DNA of 64,000 nt from IMG/VR virus record IMGVR_UViG_3300028581_000010. One strand, written 5' to 3'. The translations under genes were made by a program, and so were the position numbers. Position 1 is the first letter of the stretch. Every line of letters starts with the position of its first letter. Below, one piece after another: positions 63,078-64,000 of this stretch. Source of the DNA: a virus (taxonomy: Duplodnaviria > Caudoviricetes). The notes beneath the pieces were generated by a model. That model saw only the letters and a list, made by a program, of their open reading frames with translations, made no database searches and was not told the DNA's origin.

Positions 63078-63291
63078 GATATGAACAACACACAGCAAAA
63101 AACAGAAGAAACACAACAACAGGTCGTATTACCTGGAGCCCTGTCTAGAAAAGTTAAATTCTGCAGTGACGAGGACGGAGACCAGCAGGTCTGGGTATGG
63201 ATGACTGCGCCGGAACCTTGGACAGATTAAGATATGAACAACACACAGCAAAAAACAGAAGAAACACAACAACAGGTCGTATTACCTGGAG
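62993..63291 (+). repeat. 153-bp direct tandem duplication spanning a gene junction
   Basis: Copy 1 is 62993..63138 and copy 2 is 63146..63291. There are 8 substitutions in the upstream-gene part and none in the downstream part. Confidence 0.95.
63081..63230 (+). CDS. 49-aa chimeric ORF created by the duplication
   Basis: MNNTQQKTEETQQQVVLPG (start of the downstream gene) + ALS + RKVKFCSDEDGDQQVWVWMTAPEPWTD (variant end of the upstream gene). Confidence 0.5.
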   Translation: MNNTQQKTEETQQQVVLPGALSRKVKFCSDEDGDQQVWVWMTAPEPWTD

Positions 63292-63455
63292 ACCCTAACG
63301 AAGGACCATTCACGCTCCATGCCCATACCTCCCTAGGAACCACACCATTGGAAGGCGTCCCGACGCTGGCGGACATCCGCTCCGCAGTAGATGGCGCGCT
63401 GATACTGACCGCCATTGATTCTGTAGGTACAATTTCTTCGCGAAAGAAAGCATAA
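63234..63455 (+). CDS. Hypothetical protein
   Basis: 73-aa ORF with the same start context as the duplicated copy. Confidence 0.6.
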   Translation: MNNTQQKTEETQQQVVLPGDPNEGPFTLHAHTSLGTTPLEGVPTLADIRSAVDGALILTAIDSVGTISSRKKA

Positions 63456-63470
63456 TAGAGCGTAATAACT

Positions 63471-64000
63471 ATGGCAACGGCCTCTTATCCAATCTGGTAC
63501 TGCTGCTGCGGCCACACATTCTCGGCGCAAACTTTACATGTACCCTCTGGGCGTTTTCCTGGTTTTATACCTGAAGGGTTTCTTGCGAAAACCTGGTATA
63601 CGCATTGGTCTATTACTAGGGAAGCTACATCTTATGAGCCATGCCCTGAAGCGGTGGCTTGGAGTATGTACAACTACGAAAAAAATTATTTAAGTTCAGG
63701 TTTAAACCCAGCGAGCTTTGAGTCTGGCGGGAACCCCAATGGGCATTTTTGTCGCGCGCGCGGTTTTGGACCGCCAAAGGCCACGGATTACCGTGGTCAC
63801 TATTGGGATCCTCCATGTAGCGGCCCTGTACTTTTTAATATAGAAGCTGATGACACATATGTTTGGCATGTGGCCCAAAAAGCACACTGGACGGTATGTC
63901 CTCCACCAGAGATACAATGTGACGAGTGGGGCAATTGTGGCTTTGTGCCTGCACCTTGCGGTACGTCTCCTTGGTGCTGTGCCGGGCAACAGATAACCAC
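63471..64000 (+). CDS. Partial Cys/Trp/Pro-rich protein (runs off window edge)
   Basis: Not in the ORF track. Hand translation MATASYPIWYCCCGHTF...CGTSPWCCAGQQIT is open to the end, with 12 Cys in 176 codons. Confidence 0.7.
   Translation, partial: MATASYPIWYCCCGHTFSAQTLHVPSGRFPGFIPEGFLAKTWYTHWSITREATSYEPCPEAVAWSMYNYEKNYLSSGLNPASFESGGNPNGHFCRARGFGPPKATDYRGHYWDPPCSGPVLFNIEADDTYVWHVAQKAHWTVCPPPEIQCDEWGNCGFVPAPCGTSPWCCAGQQIT

Noticed and set aside
62993-63291. Diversity-generating retroelement TR/VR pair
   Set aside because: The differences are not confined to adenines of one copy (C/T, G/C, and A in either copy), and no reverse transcriptase is present in the window.
1-64000. Stop-codon reassignment (alternative genetic code)
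   Set aside because: Long conserved genes are uninterrupted in the standard code and end in TAA/TGA with normal coupling.
1-64000. tRNA, rRNA, portal and large terminase genes
   Set aside because: I noticed no cloverleaf-like intergenic sequence and no terminase Walker A/nuclease or portal pattern. Intergenic gaps are mostly under 250 nt, so these genes probably lie outside the window.

Overview
The window is the virion-morphogenesis and transcription region of a large contractile-tailed dsDNA phage (myovirus morphology inferred from gene content). It is not a host chromosome. About 1-50.9 kb is one minus-strand block: tail fibre/baseplate genes with an embedded sigma70-family gene, tape measure, tail assembly chaperones with a -1 slippery site, spike, tube, sheath, neck, major capsid, decoration, scaffold-like genes, an HNH nuclease, the prohead protease, many putative internal head proteins, and two RNA polymerase genes. 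From 51.2 kb the genes are on the plus strand: a sigma-region-4 protein, an HUH Rep-like protein, a second cluster of glycine-zipper head proteins, an RpoB N-terminal fragment, Ig-like decoration paralogs, Cys-rich proteins and a 153-bp tandem duplication. Two candidate systems stand out. (1) A re-partitioned bacterial-type RNA polymerase: beta N-terminal piece, an intein-containing beta-C/beta'-N fusion carrying both catalytic barrels, and a beta' C-terminal piece, plus a phage sigma lacking the W-dyad. (2) A shared F/Y-x-x-G...K-x-A module and K-x-A motif across about 20 head-cluster proteins, many with glycine-zipper helices, suggesting protease-processed capsid-loading signals. All functional calls come from motif recognition by eye; no database search was run. 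I saw no portal, terminase large subunit, RNAP alpha, tRNA or CRISPR array in this window.
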